From positions 1,041-65,040 of the forward strand of contig CAMKGA010000001.1 of the NCBI GenBank assembly GCA_946412015.1: DNA of 64,000 bases, read 5' to 3'. Shown one piece after another: positions 18,084-27,272 of this stretch (position 1 is the stretch's first letter; each line of letters starts with the position of its first letter). A model generated the notes under the pieces. The model had not been told where the DNA came from. It did no database searches and was given only the letters and a program-made list of their open reading frames with translations. The stretch is from an uncultured Bacillales bacterium (GTDB taxonomy: Bacteria > Bacillota_I > Bacilli_A > RF39 > UBA660). The position numbers and the translations under genes are program-made.

Positions 18084-19862
18084 TTAAAAACCACTTCGTT
18101 TAAATAATTTCTCTAAATCTGCTTTAGTATATGTAATAACTGTAGGTCTACCATGTGGGCAATTAAACGGGTTATCACAATTTTTTAAATCTTCTATCAA
18201 ATTTTTTGCTTCATCCATAGTAATCGATGTATTTGCTTTAATTGATGCTTTACAAGCAAGCGTAGCAGCTAGATGATCGTTAAAGCGTTGCAAATTAAAG
18301 TCTTTTTCTCTATTAATAACTGCTTCTATAATTCTTTTTATAGTATCATTGATATTATCTTTAATCCATGTTGGGTGTTCTTTTACAATAATTGTATTTA
18401 AACCAAATTCCTCTATTGTAAATCCCATATCAGATAAAATATCCATATTTTTTTGTAATATTATATATTCATTATTTGGAACCTCTAAAGTAAGTGGCAT
18501 AAGCATTGTCATTTTTGTTTTTGAGGTTGCTAATTTTTCTTTAAATATTTCATAATTAACACGTTCTTTTGCAGCATGCTGATCTATTAAATACATTCCT
18601 ATTTCATTTTGACAAATTATATATGTCCCCCAAACTAAACCTACTGGGTATAGTATTGGTAATCTTTCACTCTTTTCTTTATCTTCTAAATCTAAATCGT
18701 TATTATTATCACTTGTTAAATCATTATTAACTACATACTCTTCAAAATCTAATGTTTGTTCTTCTATATTATATTTAGTAACAGGTTCACTTACAGTATC
18801 AATATTCTCACGATAGTTATATTCTATTTTATTAATAGAATAATTTTCTTTAATATCTTCTTTTGCATTTGGTATTAATGTTTTAACTTTAATCTTATCC
18901 TTAATCATAGTAGTAACAAGTTCAATTAACTCATTTAGTTTAGAAAACTTAATATCCATTTTAGTAGGATGAATATTTACATCTACTAAGGATGTATCTA
19001 CTTCAATATTAAGTACTACAATGGGATAATAATTATCTGGTTTATAGGAATGATATGCTTCATTAATAGAACTATTTAATTTACTATTTTTTACAATTCT
19101 ACCATTTACTATAGTTATAATACTATTATTTTTTGAACGATATACCTCAGGTAAACTAATATAACCTGTAATCTCATAATCAGCAGATTCAGTTTGAACA
19201 GATAACATCTTACGACTAACGCTTGTTCCATATATACTATTAATTACTTTAAGAAGATTACCAGAACCATCTGTTTGTAATAATACCTTATTATCATTAA
19301 TAAGGGTAAATCTAATATATGGATGTGATAAAGCAAGTTTATTCATATAATCAGTTATATGAGCAAGTTCAGTATATAGACTTTTTAAATACTTTAATCT
19401 AGCTGGAGTATTAAAGAATAAATCATCTACTTCAATAATAGTACCACGACGAGCATCACCGTTCTTAACTTCAATTATTTTTCCACCTTCAATATTTACA
19501 ATAGTTCCAATATCTGATGCACATGTTGTAAGTATAACTTTAGATACTGATGCAATAGAAGCAAGTGCTTCACCTCGAAATCCTAAAGTATTTATATGAA
19601 ATAAATCTTCTTCATTTTTTACCTTGCTTGTTGCATGGCGCAAAAAACAATTAACAGCATCTTCTTTATCCATACCTTTACCATTATCAGTTACTCGAAT
19701 CATCTTTACTCCTGATTCAATTAATTCTACCTTAATATCTGTAGCTTCAGCATCAATACTATTTTCTACTAATTCTTTTACAACTGATGCACATCTTTCT
19801 ACAACTTCACCTGCTGCAATCTTATTAGCAAGTATTGTATCCATTACTTTTATTACTGCCAT
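18084..19862 (-). CDS. mutL: DNA mismatch repair protein MutL
   Basis: ANKIAAGEVVERCASVVKELVENSIDA, DNGKGM, GFRGEALASI; C-terminal QHAAKERVNYE and CPHGRPT. RBS AAGGTGA lies before ATG 19862. Confidence 0.9.
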   Translation of the reverse strand: MAVIKVMDTILANKIAAGEVVERCASVVKELVENSIDAEATDIKVELIESGVKMIRVTDNGKGMDKEDAVNCFLRHATSKVKNEEDLFHINTLGFRGEALASIASVSKVILTTCASDIGTIVNIEGGKIIEVKNGDARRGTIIEVDDLFFNTPARLKYLKSLYTELAHITDYMNKLALSHPYIRFTLINDNKVLLQTDGSGNLLKVINSIYGTSVSRKMLSVQTESADYEITGYISLPEVYRSKNNSIITIVNGRIVKNSKLNSSINEAYHSYKPDNYYPIVVLNIEVDTSLVDVNIHPTKMDIKFSKLNELIELVTTMIKDKIKVKTLIPNAKEDIKENYSINKIEYNYRENIDTVSEPVTKYNIEEQTLDFEEYVVNNDLTSDNNNDLDLEDKEKSERLPILYPVGLVWGTYIICQNEIGMYLIDQHAAKERVNYEIFKEKLATSKTKMTMLMPLTLEVPNNEYIILQKNMDILSDMGFTIEEFGLNTIIVKEHPTWIKDNINDTIKRIIEAVINREKDFNLQRFNDHLAATLACKASIKANTSITMDEAKNLIEDLKNCDNPFNCPHGRPTVITYTKADLEKLFKRSGF

Positions 19863-19883
19863 ATAAATCACCTTATTTATTTA

Positions 19884-19913
19884 ATTTTATCATATATTTT
19901 AATTAATAATCAA
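19884..19913 (-). promoter_or_regulatory. Sigma-A-type promoter upstream of mutL
   Basis: Minus strand TTGATT-N18-TAAAAT with a TGA extended -10. Confidence 0.5.
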
Positions 19914-19932
19914 TTCAATACGAATTTTTAAA

Positions 19933-20226
19933 CTAAAAAGTACCACACAAATCAATTAATTGTGGTATCTTTGCAAGGTTATAATACTTAGTTTTATAAC
20001 TTTGAGTACCATTATTAACCACACGTGCAATTTTTGCACATGTGGTTTTTTCATCTAATTCATTATCTTTATAAGTATTTCTAATATGCTTTGTAATTCC
20101 AGTCCTGTCAACGTTAAATAATTCAGCAATAGCATTAGTATTTAACCTTACATCTTCATCATTTAACAAAACTTCTATCTTTAAATTATTTTTATCTTCG
20201 TAAAAAAATATTGTGATATTATTCAC
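19933..20226 (-). pseudogene. Truncated RhuM-family gene remnant (N-terminal ~85 aa only)
   Basis: MNNITIFFYEDKNNLKIEVLLNDEDVRLNTNAIAELFNVDRTGITKHIRNTYKDNELDEKTTCAKI...KTKYYNL matches the RhuM N-terminus. It then diverges and stops, whereas full-length family members are about 330 aa. Start codon is GTG. Confidence 0.55.
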
Positions 20227-20267
20227 AATATAAAATTTAACATATACTTATTTAATGAATTTATCTT

Positions 20268-20534
20268 TTACCCATAATATCTTTGTAAATAAACCTTTTT
20301 ACCACTTGCAACCACAACAATATAATCATCTAAAGTATTATTTGTATCTTTAATCTTACCAAAACTATATACACCATTATTAACAAGTATCCTTTTAGGA
20401 AAATATATAATATCTCCTACATTAGGTTTATTAATATCATAAAATTCTATATTTAACTCATATTTATTATTATCAGAATCAATAACTATGTAATAGTAAA
20501 TATCTTTTATATCAATAATATTAATCTTAATCAT
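20268..20534 (-). CDS. Hypothetical small protein (88 aa), overlaps the end of the LRR gene
   Basis: ORF with a 4-nt overlap to the upstream gene. No motif recognised. Confidence 0.4.
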   Translation of the reverse strand: MIKINIIDIKDIYYYIVIDSDNNKYELNIEFYDINKPNVGDIIYFPKRILVNNGVYSFGKIKDTNNTLDDYIVVVASGKKVYLQRYYG

Positions 20535-21904
20535 TTAACCTTACCTCTATTTAATAAACCTGAAACATTTTTATGATAAAGTAGAAAATAATTTCCATAA
20601 TGAACATTATCAGATATTATAAGTTCATTCAATACTTCATTATACGATAAAAAGTGTTCGCCTATATTTTTTACATTTTGAATATTTAATTTTCTTAATG
20701 ACTCATTACAAGCAATAAAACAATCACCTATTTCAATTACATTTGAAAAGGATGCTTCTGTTAAACAATTATTGCCATACAAAAACCAATCACCTATTTT
20801 TTTCACATTCGGTGCGATAATCTGTTTTAATACCTTATTCCGATACATGAAGTTATCACCTATTCTTTTTACATAATCATTTTCATAGCTAATAATTCGA
20901 TTATATTTATCAAGTCTTATTATCTGTTTTTCTCCTTTGTTAGATGTAATTATTACTTCCTTAATGTCCCCACTTTTTCTAATATCAATTTTTTTAATAT
21001 CAATTAACAAATCACAAAATGAATCATTATATTCAGCTATCTTTAAAATTTTCTTATTAACTAAATCAAGTATAAAATAATCAAATACTAGATAGTTTTC
21101 TTTCTCTATAAATCTTGTCTGTAATTCAAAATTAGATATAACAATATTATCTGGTCCAAAATATGTATTATCTACCTCATAATTATATCTATAATATTTA
21201 CCATCATTTGCTTTAACATAATAATAATCAGTAAAATCAAAGTGGTGATAATTTTGATTTATATTAAGATTATAGTCTCTTTCAAATGCATGTGTTAAAC
21301 CGGGGATAATATCTTCTAAATTATTATGAAATGTTGCATCTGGATTATTAACTGTATGATTATATCTATTCTTTATGGATAATGTATTTGTTTTACCTCT
21401 AGTAAATTGAATACTTATAACTGAAGTTCCATATTCATCTTCTCTTTTAGGATGAGTAAAATCTTGTCTTTTTATAGTATCAACATTTTTCTTTACTGCA
21501 AAGAATACATGACACCAATTTAATCTACCACCATTTTCTATGGTACATAATGTTTCATTTTTCTCATAATACTTCCTAAATGATTGAATATCACCTTCAC
21601 TTTTACATTCGTATAATATATATCCTGCTTCATCCATTAACTGTTGTGCTGTTTTATTAACAACAATTTTATTCTTTTCTACATCAACAAAAGAATATAT
21701 GAAATCTTTAAATTCTTCTTCTAAATGATCATTTACTATATCTTCGTATAGAAATCTTGATGGATAGAAACTCTTCTCAAGTAAACTAGATAATAGTCCT
21801 TTAGTATCTAGTATAGTAGCAAAAAGACTTCGACATAAATGCCACATCTTCTCACCATATAACTTTCTTATTCTTTTCTCATCAATGCTCAAATTATTAT
21901 TCAT
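20531..21904 (-). CDS. Hypothetical protein with C-terminal BspA-type leucine-rich repeats and no signal peptide
   Basis: 457 aa. The C-terminal ~110 aa show ~22-residue repeats (VKRIGDNFMY.., VKKIGDWFLYGNNCL.., VIEIGDCFIACNESL.., VKNIGEHFLSYNEVL..). The N-terminal ~340 aa are unrecognised. Confidence 0.55.
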   Translation of the reverse strand: MNNNLSIDEKRIRKLYGEKMWHLCRSLFATILDTKGLLSSLLEKSFYPSRFLYEDIVNDHLEEEFKDFIYSFVDVEKNKIVVNKTAQQLMDEAGYILYECKSEGDIQSFRKYYEKNETLCTIENGGRLNWCHVFFAVKKNVDTIKRQDFTHPKREDEYGTSVISIQFTRGKTNTLSIKNRYNHTVNNPDATFHNNLEDIIPGLTHAFERDYNLNINQNYHHFDFTDYYYVKANDGKYYRYNYEVDNTYFGPDNIVISNFELQTRFIEKENYLVFDYFILDLVNKKILKIAEYNDSFCDLLIDIKKIDIRKSGDIKEVIITSNKGEKQIIRLDKYNRIISYENDYVKRIGDNFMYRNKVLKQIIAPNVKKIGDWFLYGNNCLTEASFSNVIEIGDCFIACNESLRKLNIQNVKNIGEHFLSYNEVLNELIISDNVHYGNYFLLYHKNVSGLLNRGKVK

Positions 21905-22700
21905 ACTTACTATCTACACCTAAATATGACTCTAAACTAATCCAGTCACCATTATTATATAGTTTTTTAGCAAGAGCCTCTCCTACATATCTAAAGTGCC
22001 AAGCTTCATAGTTATATCCAGTCTCTATTTCCTTATTTTTAGGAAATCTTAAGATAAAGCCATAATTAGCTGCATGTTCATTCACCCATTTACCTGTATC
22101 TGTTTCAAGAAAATTAGCATTAGTACCATTAAGATCAAAACACAAACCACTTTGGTGCTCAGAATAACCTGCACGAGCAGAATAAGTATCCGCAGCATCA
22201 ACTCCATCTCTAGCTGCATAGTTATTATATAAATCAACTTGGACTTTATAAGAACGATATCCACTACTTATTTTTAAATCATAACCTAAAGTAGATGCAT
22301 CTTTTTGCATACTCAAAAACTTTTCCATAACAGTTTTATCTAAATACTCTGGACCGTATAAATATTCATTTGTTATCTCTTTATATGGATCTTGTGGTTG
22401 ATATGAACTATCTAATGCATAAGATTTATTAACTATCATAATCCCATCTACATAATATGCTCCATTATATTTGGTCAAATTCATACTTGTTTTTGTTTTA
22501 GAGATAAATTCTTCTCCCTCTTTCATATCATAATTAGTATTATCTACTTTCTTAGTAACAGCATTTTTAGTTTTATTTTCATTATTTTGCTTTTTTATAT
22601 TATTTTTTGGTAGTAGAATAATCACTACTAAAGATATAATTGAAATTATTATTAAGCTAAGAATAATAACAGGCGCCTTTTTTACCCTTCTTTTTTGCAT
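21897..22700 (-). CDS. VanY-type D-alanyl-D-alanine carboxypeptidase (peptidase M15B), membrane anchored
   Basis: N-terminal TM segment. SGYRSY, H-x6-D (YSEHQSGLCFD) and ExxH (EAWHFRY) zinc-ligand motifs. Confidence 0.8.
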   Translation of the reverse strand: MQKRRVKKAPVIILSLIIISIISLVVIILLPKNNIKKQNNENKTKNAVTKKVDNTNYDMKEGEEFISKTKTSMNLTKYNGAYYVDGIMIVNKSYALDSSYQPQDPYKEITNEYLYGPEYLDKTVMEKFLSMQKDASTLGYDLKISSGYRSYKVQVDLYNNYAARDGVDAADTYSARAGYSEHQSGLCFDLNGTNANFLETDTGKWVNEHAANYGFILRFPKNKEIETGYNYEAWHFRYVGEALAKKLYNNGDWISLESYLGVDSKYE

Positions 22701-22706
22701 TTATAA

Positions 22707-22934
22707 CTACTCCACATCAAAGTTTTCTATTTCGTTATTTTCTGTTACTAATTTACTTACTTGCTCATCAATCTTCTTTAATTTTTCATCACATGACTTT
22801 ACAAGATTCATTGCTTTAGTATATTTCTCTATAGATAAATCTAAATCTACTTCTCCAGTTTCAAGTTCATTTATAATTTCTTCTAACTCTTTAATTTGTT
22901 CTTCAAATTTCTTTTCTTTAACTTCTTTAGCCAT
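22707..22934 (-). CDS. xseB: Exodeoxyribonuclease VII small subunit
   Basis: 75 aa, helical, FEEQIKELEEIINELETGEVDLDLSIEKYTKAMNL. The start overlaps the xseA end. Confidence 0.8.
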   Translation of the reverse strand: MAKEVKEKKFEEQIKELEEIINELETGEVDLDLSIEKYTKAMNLVKSCDEKLKKIDEQVSKLVTENNEIENFDVE

Positions 22935-24204
22935 GACGTACCTCCTTCTTTTTAGTCACTTTAGCTTTAATCAAACCACTATTTATTCTTATATCTATAA
23001 TATCATCTATTTTAACATCATCTATATTATTAACTACTTTATTATTCTTATATGTAATAGAATATCCTCTTTTTAAACTATTTAAAGGATTTAATAGTTC
23101 TAACTTATCAATAAAACTATTTACTTGTATTATTTTATCTTTATATAATGATTTAGGATTGATTATAATATGGTTGTTTTTTAAAAGTTCCAATTTATGT
23201 TTTTTATTATTAATATTATTAATCATTGTTTTATTAATTTTCTCAACAAGTAAATCTAATTGTTGTTTTTTAGCTTCGAACATAATCATAGGATTTTTTA
23301 TGACAAACGAATTTTTAATAGAATCTAAATATAATTTTTGATAATTTACTTTAGCATTTATTGCTTCATTTAATCTTACTTTCAAATTATTTACATAATT
23401 AATTAAATCAGGCAAGTTTGGGACTGCCATTTCAGCTGCTCCTGTTGGAGTTGGAGCACGAAGGTCAGATACAAAGTCTGCAATTGTATAATCTATTTCA
23501 TGGCCCACTGCACTTATTACAGGAATTTTGCATTCAAAGATTCTTCTAGCTAATTCTTCTTCATTAAATGGCCATAAATCTTCTAAAGAACCTCCACCCC
23601 TACCAATAATTAATACATCAAGATCATACATTTCAGCTTGATTTATTTTTTCTATTATATTTTTATATGCACTATCTCCTTGAACAAGTGATGGAAATAA
23701 ATAAACCTCACATATTGGATACCTTCTTTTTATTGTTGAAATTATATCTTTTACAGCTGCCCCTTCTTTTGCTGTAATAACTCCAATTTTATCAGGGTAT
23801 TTAGGTATTTTCTTTTTAAACTTTTGATCAAATAACCCTTCTTTAGCAAGTTCTTTTTTTAACTTTTCATACGCTAAATAAAGATTTCCTATACCATCTT
23901 TTTGCATCTCACTTACATATATTTGATAACTACCTGTTGCTTCATATACACTAATTCTACCAGTTACTAATATTTTATCTCCATCATTAGGTATAAATTC
24001 TAATTTTTTAGCAGCACTACTAAACATTATAGCATTTATTTTACTGTTTTCATCTTTAATAGAAAAATATATATGCCCAGTTGAATGCATTTTTAAATTT
24101 GATATTTCACCTTTTAAAAATACTGTAAATAGATTAGAATCTGTATCTAATTTATGTTTTAGATATCTATTTATAGCCGATACTGTTAAATATTTATCTT
24201 CCAT
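22927..24204 (-). CDS. xseA: Exodeoxyribonuclease VII large subunit
   Basis: 425 aa. N-terminal OB fold (FLKGEISNLKMHSTGHIYFSIKD) and GRGGGSLEDLWPFNEE. Confidence 0.9.
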   Translation of the reverse strand: MEDKYLTVSAINRYLKHKLDTDSNLFTVFLKGEISNLKMHSTGHIYFSIKDENSKINAIMFSSAAKKLEFIPNDGDKILVTGRISVYEATGSYQIYVSEMQKDGIGNLYLAYEKLKKELAKEGLFDQKFKKKIPKYPDKIGVITAKEGAAVKDIISTIKRRYPICEVYLFPSLVQGDSAYKNIIEKINQAEMYDLDVLIIGRGGGSLEDLWPFNEEELARRIFECKIPVISAVGHEIDYTIADFVSDLRAPTPTGAAEMAVPNLPDLINYVNNLKVRLNEAINAKVNYQKLYLDSIKNSFVIKNPMIMFEAKKQQLDLLVEKINKTMINNINNKKHKLELLKNNHIIINPKSLYKDKIIQVNSFIDKLELLNPLNSLKRGYSITYKNNKVVNNIDDVKIDDIIDIRINSGLIKAKVTKKKEVRHG

Positions 24205-24606
24205 TTATAACTCCTCATGATAAACTTTATCAAGTGTTGCATTAATCATATTTTTTACTTTATCATCACTATAATCTTTTGCTAAATTAACTGATTCATT
24301 AATAACAACTACAGGAGGAGTTTTAGTATACATTAACTCATATATCCCCATAAGCAATATAGCTTGATCAGTATTGCCTAGTCTATCTATAGTCCAACCT
24401 TGTAAATACTTATTAGCAATTTTTTTTAACTGTTCCTTATAAGTAAGAGTTCCATATACTATCTCTTTTACAAATTCATTATCAATTTCCATTACTGACT
24501 TAATAACATCATCAACATTATATTCTACTTTATTATTATCATATACATTAATTTGGTATAAAATAGTCATTATTTTTTTTCTTAATTCACTTCTATTTAA
24601 ATTCAT
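24205..24606 (-). CDS. nusB: Transcription antitermination factor NusB
   Basis: Collinear with Bacillus NusB (WTIDRLGNTDQAILLMGIYEL...INESVNLAKDYSDDKVKNMINATLDKV). RBS GGGTGA lies before ATG 24606. Confidence 0.85.
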   Translation of the reverse strand: MNLNRSELRKKIMTILYQINVYDNNKVEYNVDDVIKSVMEIDNEFVKEIVYGTLTYKEQLKKIANKYLQGWTIDRLGNTDQAILLMGIYELMYTKTPPVVVINESVNLAKDYSDDKVKNMINATLDKVYHEEL

Positions 24607-24635
24607 AAAATCACCCATCTAATTTTAACATATAT

Positions 24636-24663
24636 AAAAAAAAATAGAAAGAGTATCTTTCTA
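24636..24663 (-). terminator. Strong rho-independent terminator after the 222-aa ORFan
   Basis: Minus strand TAGAAAG-atact-CTTTCTA followed by T9. Confidence 0.75.
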
Positions 24664-24664
24664 A

Positions 24665-25333
24665 TTATATGTTATATTTCTTTTTTATGCTTTTAATTTT
24701 AACACTATTTTTCTTATCTTCTTTTCTCTGCTTAATAGTTGATGCCTCAATACCATTAATAGTTAAATAGTCTTTAGAATATCCATTTTTGCTTGCAATT
24801 TCATTATATTCATCTTGCGCACTTTTAAAAATATTATTTAACTCTAATAACCACATTTTTTTATAATCTAAATTATCTATTGAATTTTTACAAGCATCAA
24901 TTTTTTCTTCAATATATTGCTCTAAATCTTCCGATGTAACATATATTAGTGGTGGAAAATTAAACTCTTCTTTAAAGCACATCTCATTTTTCTTTTTCAT
25001 TCTAATTGTCTTTCGCATTAGAAAAAATATAGGCGTGTCCTCTGATAAAATATATTTTGATTGAGTCTCAAATCTACTATACCCATAATCCCAGCATTTT
25101 ATTTTTTGCATATAAAATGGAATAGTTTTATGTGTTATAATCTCTTTATACTTTCCAGTTTTAGTTTTATATACTATAATATCTTTTAATTTCTTTAAGT
25201 TATTTTCATTACCATTATTTTTATATATAATTCCATCTTTAACATATGTATCTTTATAAATCATGCCTACTTTTTTATTTTTATTAAAACCATATAATGT
25301 AACCTTATATAAATTGTTTTTTCTACTTATCAT
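24665..25333 (-). CDS. Hypothetical protein (222-aa ORFan) in a self-contained promoter-terminator cassette
   Basis: ORF flanked by a consensus promoter (25361-25389) and a terminator (24636-24663). No motif recognised. Confidence 0.5.
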   Translation of the reverse strand: MISRKNNLYKVTLYGFNKNKKVGMIYKDTYVKDGIIYKNNGNENNLKKLKDIIVYKTKTGKYKEIITHKTIPFYMQKIKCWDYGYSRFETQSKYILSEDTPIFFLMRKTIRMKKKNEMCFKEEFNFPPLIYVTSEDLEQYIEEKIDACKNSIDNLDYKKMWLLELNNIFKSAQDEYNEIASKNGYSKDYLTINGIEASTIKQRKEDKKNSVKIKSIKKKYNI

Positions 25334-25360
25334 AAAATCACTTCCAAAAATATAATGGTT

Positions 25361-25389
25361 ATTATAGCATTAATCTTAATAATTGTAAA
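25361..25389 (-). promoter_or_regulatory. Consensus sigma-A promoter for the 222-aa ORFan
   Basis: Minus strand TTTACA-N17-TATAAT. The -35 box abuts the stop codon of the upstream small membrane protein gene. Confidence 0.6.
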
Positions 25390-25722
25390 CTATTCCTTGG
25401 CTAATTTCCCTACTGTATTAAAAAAACTGATTACGCCTTTATATACTAGAGAACTTATATTATTAGAAATAAAATACCCTGTATTAGATAGTTTATTACC
25501 ATAATTCTTTTTTACATCAACTTGATATTTTTCTATATCTATTTTTTTACCATTTTTTATATCTTTTTCAAATTCTATTATTTTTTCTTTTGTAAGTGCT
25601 GTTTTTTTATAGTTTTGAAAATTAACATAACCTGATTTTTGTGATATAAATAAAGCTAAATATGAAATAAATAAAAAAATAAATAAAACTTTTAAAAAAT
25701 TATCTTTATAACTCTTTTTCAT
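25390..25722 (-). CDS. Small membrane protein downstream of spoIIP (YqxA/DUF3679-like by position only)
   Basis: 110 aa. N-terminal TM segment (LKVLFIFLFISYLALFI). Overlaps the spoIIP 3' end by 17 nt. B. subtilis has yqxA in the equivalent position. Confidence 0.35.
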   Translation of the reverse strand: MKKSYKDNFLKVLFIFLFISYLALFISQKSGYVNFQNYKKTALTKEKIIEFEKDIKNGKKIDIEKYQVDVKKNYGNKLSNTGYFISNNISSLVYKGVISFFNTVGKLAKE

Positions 25723-26650
25723 TGATATAATCTCCTAATATATTAACAAGTATTTCAATTGTATTATTTACCTCTTCTAAAGTATTTTCATTACCACCAA
25801 GTTCTATTAATATTATATTATCTTTTAAATCTTGATTATATATTCCATTAACACCATATCCTGCTTTTTGTAATACACCCCTACTTAAATTAGGATATAA
25901 CTTATTAATCATATCATTTATTTTATTAGCCTTAGCTAAGTTAGCCTCATACGTACTATATTCTTTTCCTATCACAAACATTACTCTTGCATATTTTTTT
26001 TGATTTATATCAATAGTAGTTACGTCTTTTTTAGCGGCATCTCTATGTAAATCAATAAATAATTTAACTTTACTATATTTTTTTATATCCGATTCTAAAA
26101 AATGTCTACTAGCAATATAACTTTTACTATAATCCATATTATTACTAATTAAATATGAAGTTATATCATCTTTCATAACTATTGTTTTTATACCACTATT
26201 ATTTAACTTTTCTTCTAATATTTGACTAGCTAGAAATACACCTGGGGTGACGTTATAATCATTACTACCATCTTTTACATACTCTTCTTTTTGATGTGAT
26301 GAATAAATATATATTAAAGGTTCACTATCTAAATTATTTACTACTTTTTTTACATCTTCATTATTAGACTCTTCCTTATTTTTATTTTCTTTATATTCTA
26401 AATTATAAACAAGCATGTTATTAGGTTTATTTATAATATTATCTTTTGTATATACATATATCTTATCAAGTATATTATTATCCCGAATACTACTAAGTCC
26501 TATACTAGTTAATTTTTCTTTTATCATAATAGAATAATCAATAAAATTTTTCTTTATATTTTTTATAAGTAAAATAATTAAAATTAATATTATAACTAAT
26601 TTTATAAGTGCACGTTTTTTTAATTTTCTTTTAGCTTTAAAACGTCGCAT
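25706..26650 (-). CDS. spoIIP: Stage II sporulation protein P
   Basis: N-terminal TM segment, then LIYIYSSHQKEEY...VTPGVFLASQILEEKL...FIDLHRDA...ARVMFVIG...NQDL...ILIELGGNENTLEE, the SpoIIP amidase-like domain. ATG 26650 has a GGTGA RBS. The track ORF starts at 26698. Confidence 0.8.
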   Translation of the reverse strand: MRRFKAKRKLKKRALIKLVIILILIILLIKNIKKNFIDYSIMIKEKLTSIGLSSIRDNNILDKIYVYTKDNIINKPNNMLVYNLEYKENKNKEESNNEDVKKVVNNLDSEPLIYIYSSHQKEEYVKDGSNDYNVTPGVFLASQILEEKLNNSGIKTIVMKDDITSYLISNNMDYSKSYIASRHFLESDIKKYSKVKLFIDLHRDAAKKDVTTIDINQKKYARVMFVIGKEYSTYEANLAKANKINDMINKLYPNLSRGVLQKAGYGVNGIYNQDLKDNIILIELGGNENTLEEVNNTIEILVNILGDYINEKEL

Positions 26651-26720
26651 AATATCACCAATAATAATATAATACTTTTTATAATTGTTTTTTGTCATTT
26701 ATTGTTATATTAATTTTAAT

Positions 26721-26746
26721 AATAAAAAAGATAAGAATTTCTTATC
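26721..26746 (-). terminator. Rho-independent terminator ending the 1098-aa ORFan/tcdA operon
   Basis: Minus strand GATAAGA-aat-TCTTATC followed by TTTTTTATTATT. The hairpin overlaps the stop codon of the 176-aa ORF. Confidence 0.65.
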
Positions 26747-27272
26747 CAACAATTATATTACTTATAAAATCTATAAAATTAGTGCACGTATCAGAAATCA
26801 TAAAGCATATGTTTTTAAATTTATTTGTTTTTGCTTTTTCATTATCAATAATAAATAATTTTGTTCTATCATAATCTTTAACAGTAATTTTACTTCCATA
26901 TCTTTTATATTTTAATATGTATTCCATATCTACATCCTTATTAGCATAATAATATATTTTACCTTTAGTAAGAAAAATAGAGTCTTTAAATATATGCTTA
27001 TAATACTTAGTAATTTGCTCATAGTCACAAATAATATACCCAACACTATTCTTTTTAAAATATTTTCTTAATTTCTTTATATTAATTCTCTTACCACTTG
27101 ATGATAAAGTTCTCTTTTTTCTTTGAAAGAAAGAAATTCTTTCACTTTTATTTATATCAAAAGCATCAATCTTCTTATTTCTTTTTATTGCAGTTATTAG
27201 TTTATCATCTATTCCAATTGATATTACATTGCCTTCCATTTTTTTTATTTCTTCTATTAAATATTTAAACAT
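26742..27272 (-). CDS. Hypothetical protein (176 aa), last gene of the operon
   Basis: RBS AGGTGA lies before ATG 27272 (MFKYLIEEIKK...), overlapping the tcdA stop by 8 nt. No motif recognised. Confidence 0.45.
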   Translation of the reverse strand: MFKYLIEEIKKMEGNVISIGIDDKLITAIKRNKKIDAFDINKSERISFFQRKKRTLSSSGKRINIKKLRKYFKKNSVGYIICDYEQITKYYKHIFKDSIFLTKGKIYYYANKDVDMEYILKYKRYGSKITVKDYDRTKLFIIDNEKAKTNKFKNICFMISDTCTNFIDFISNIIVG

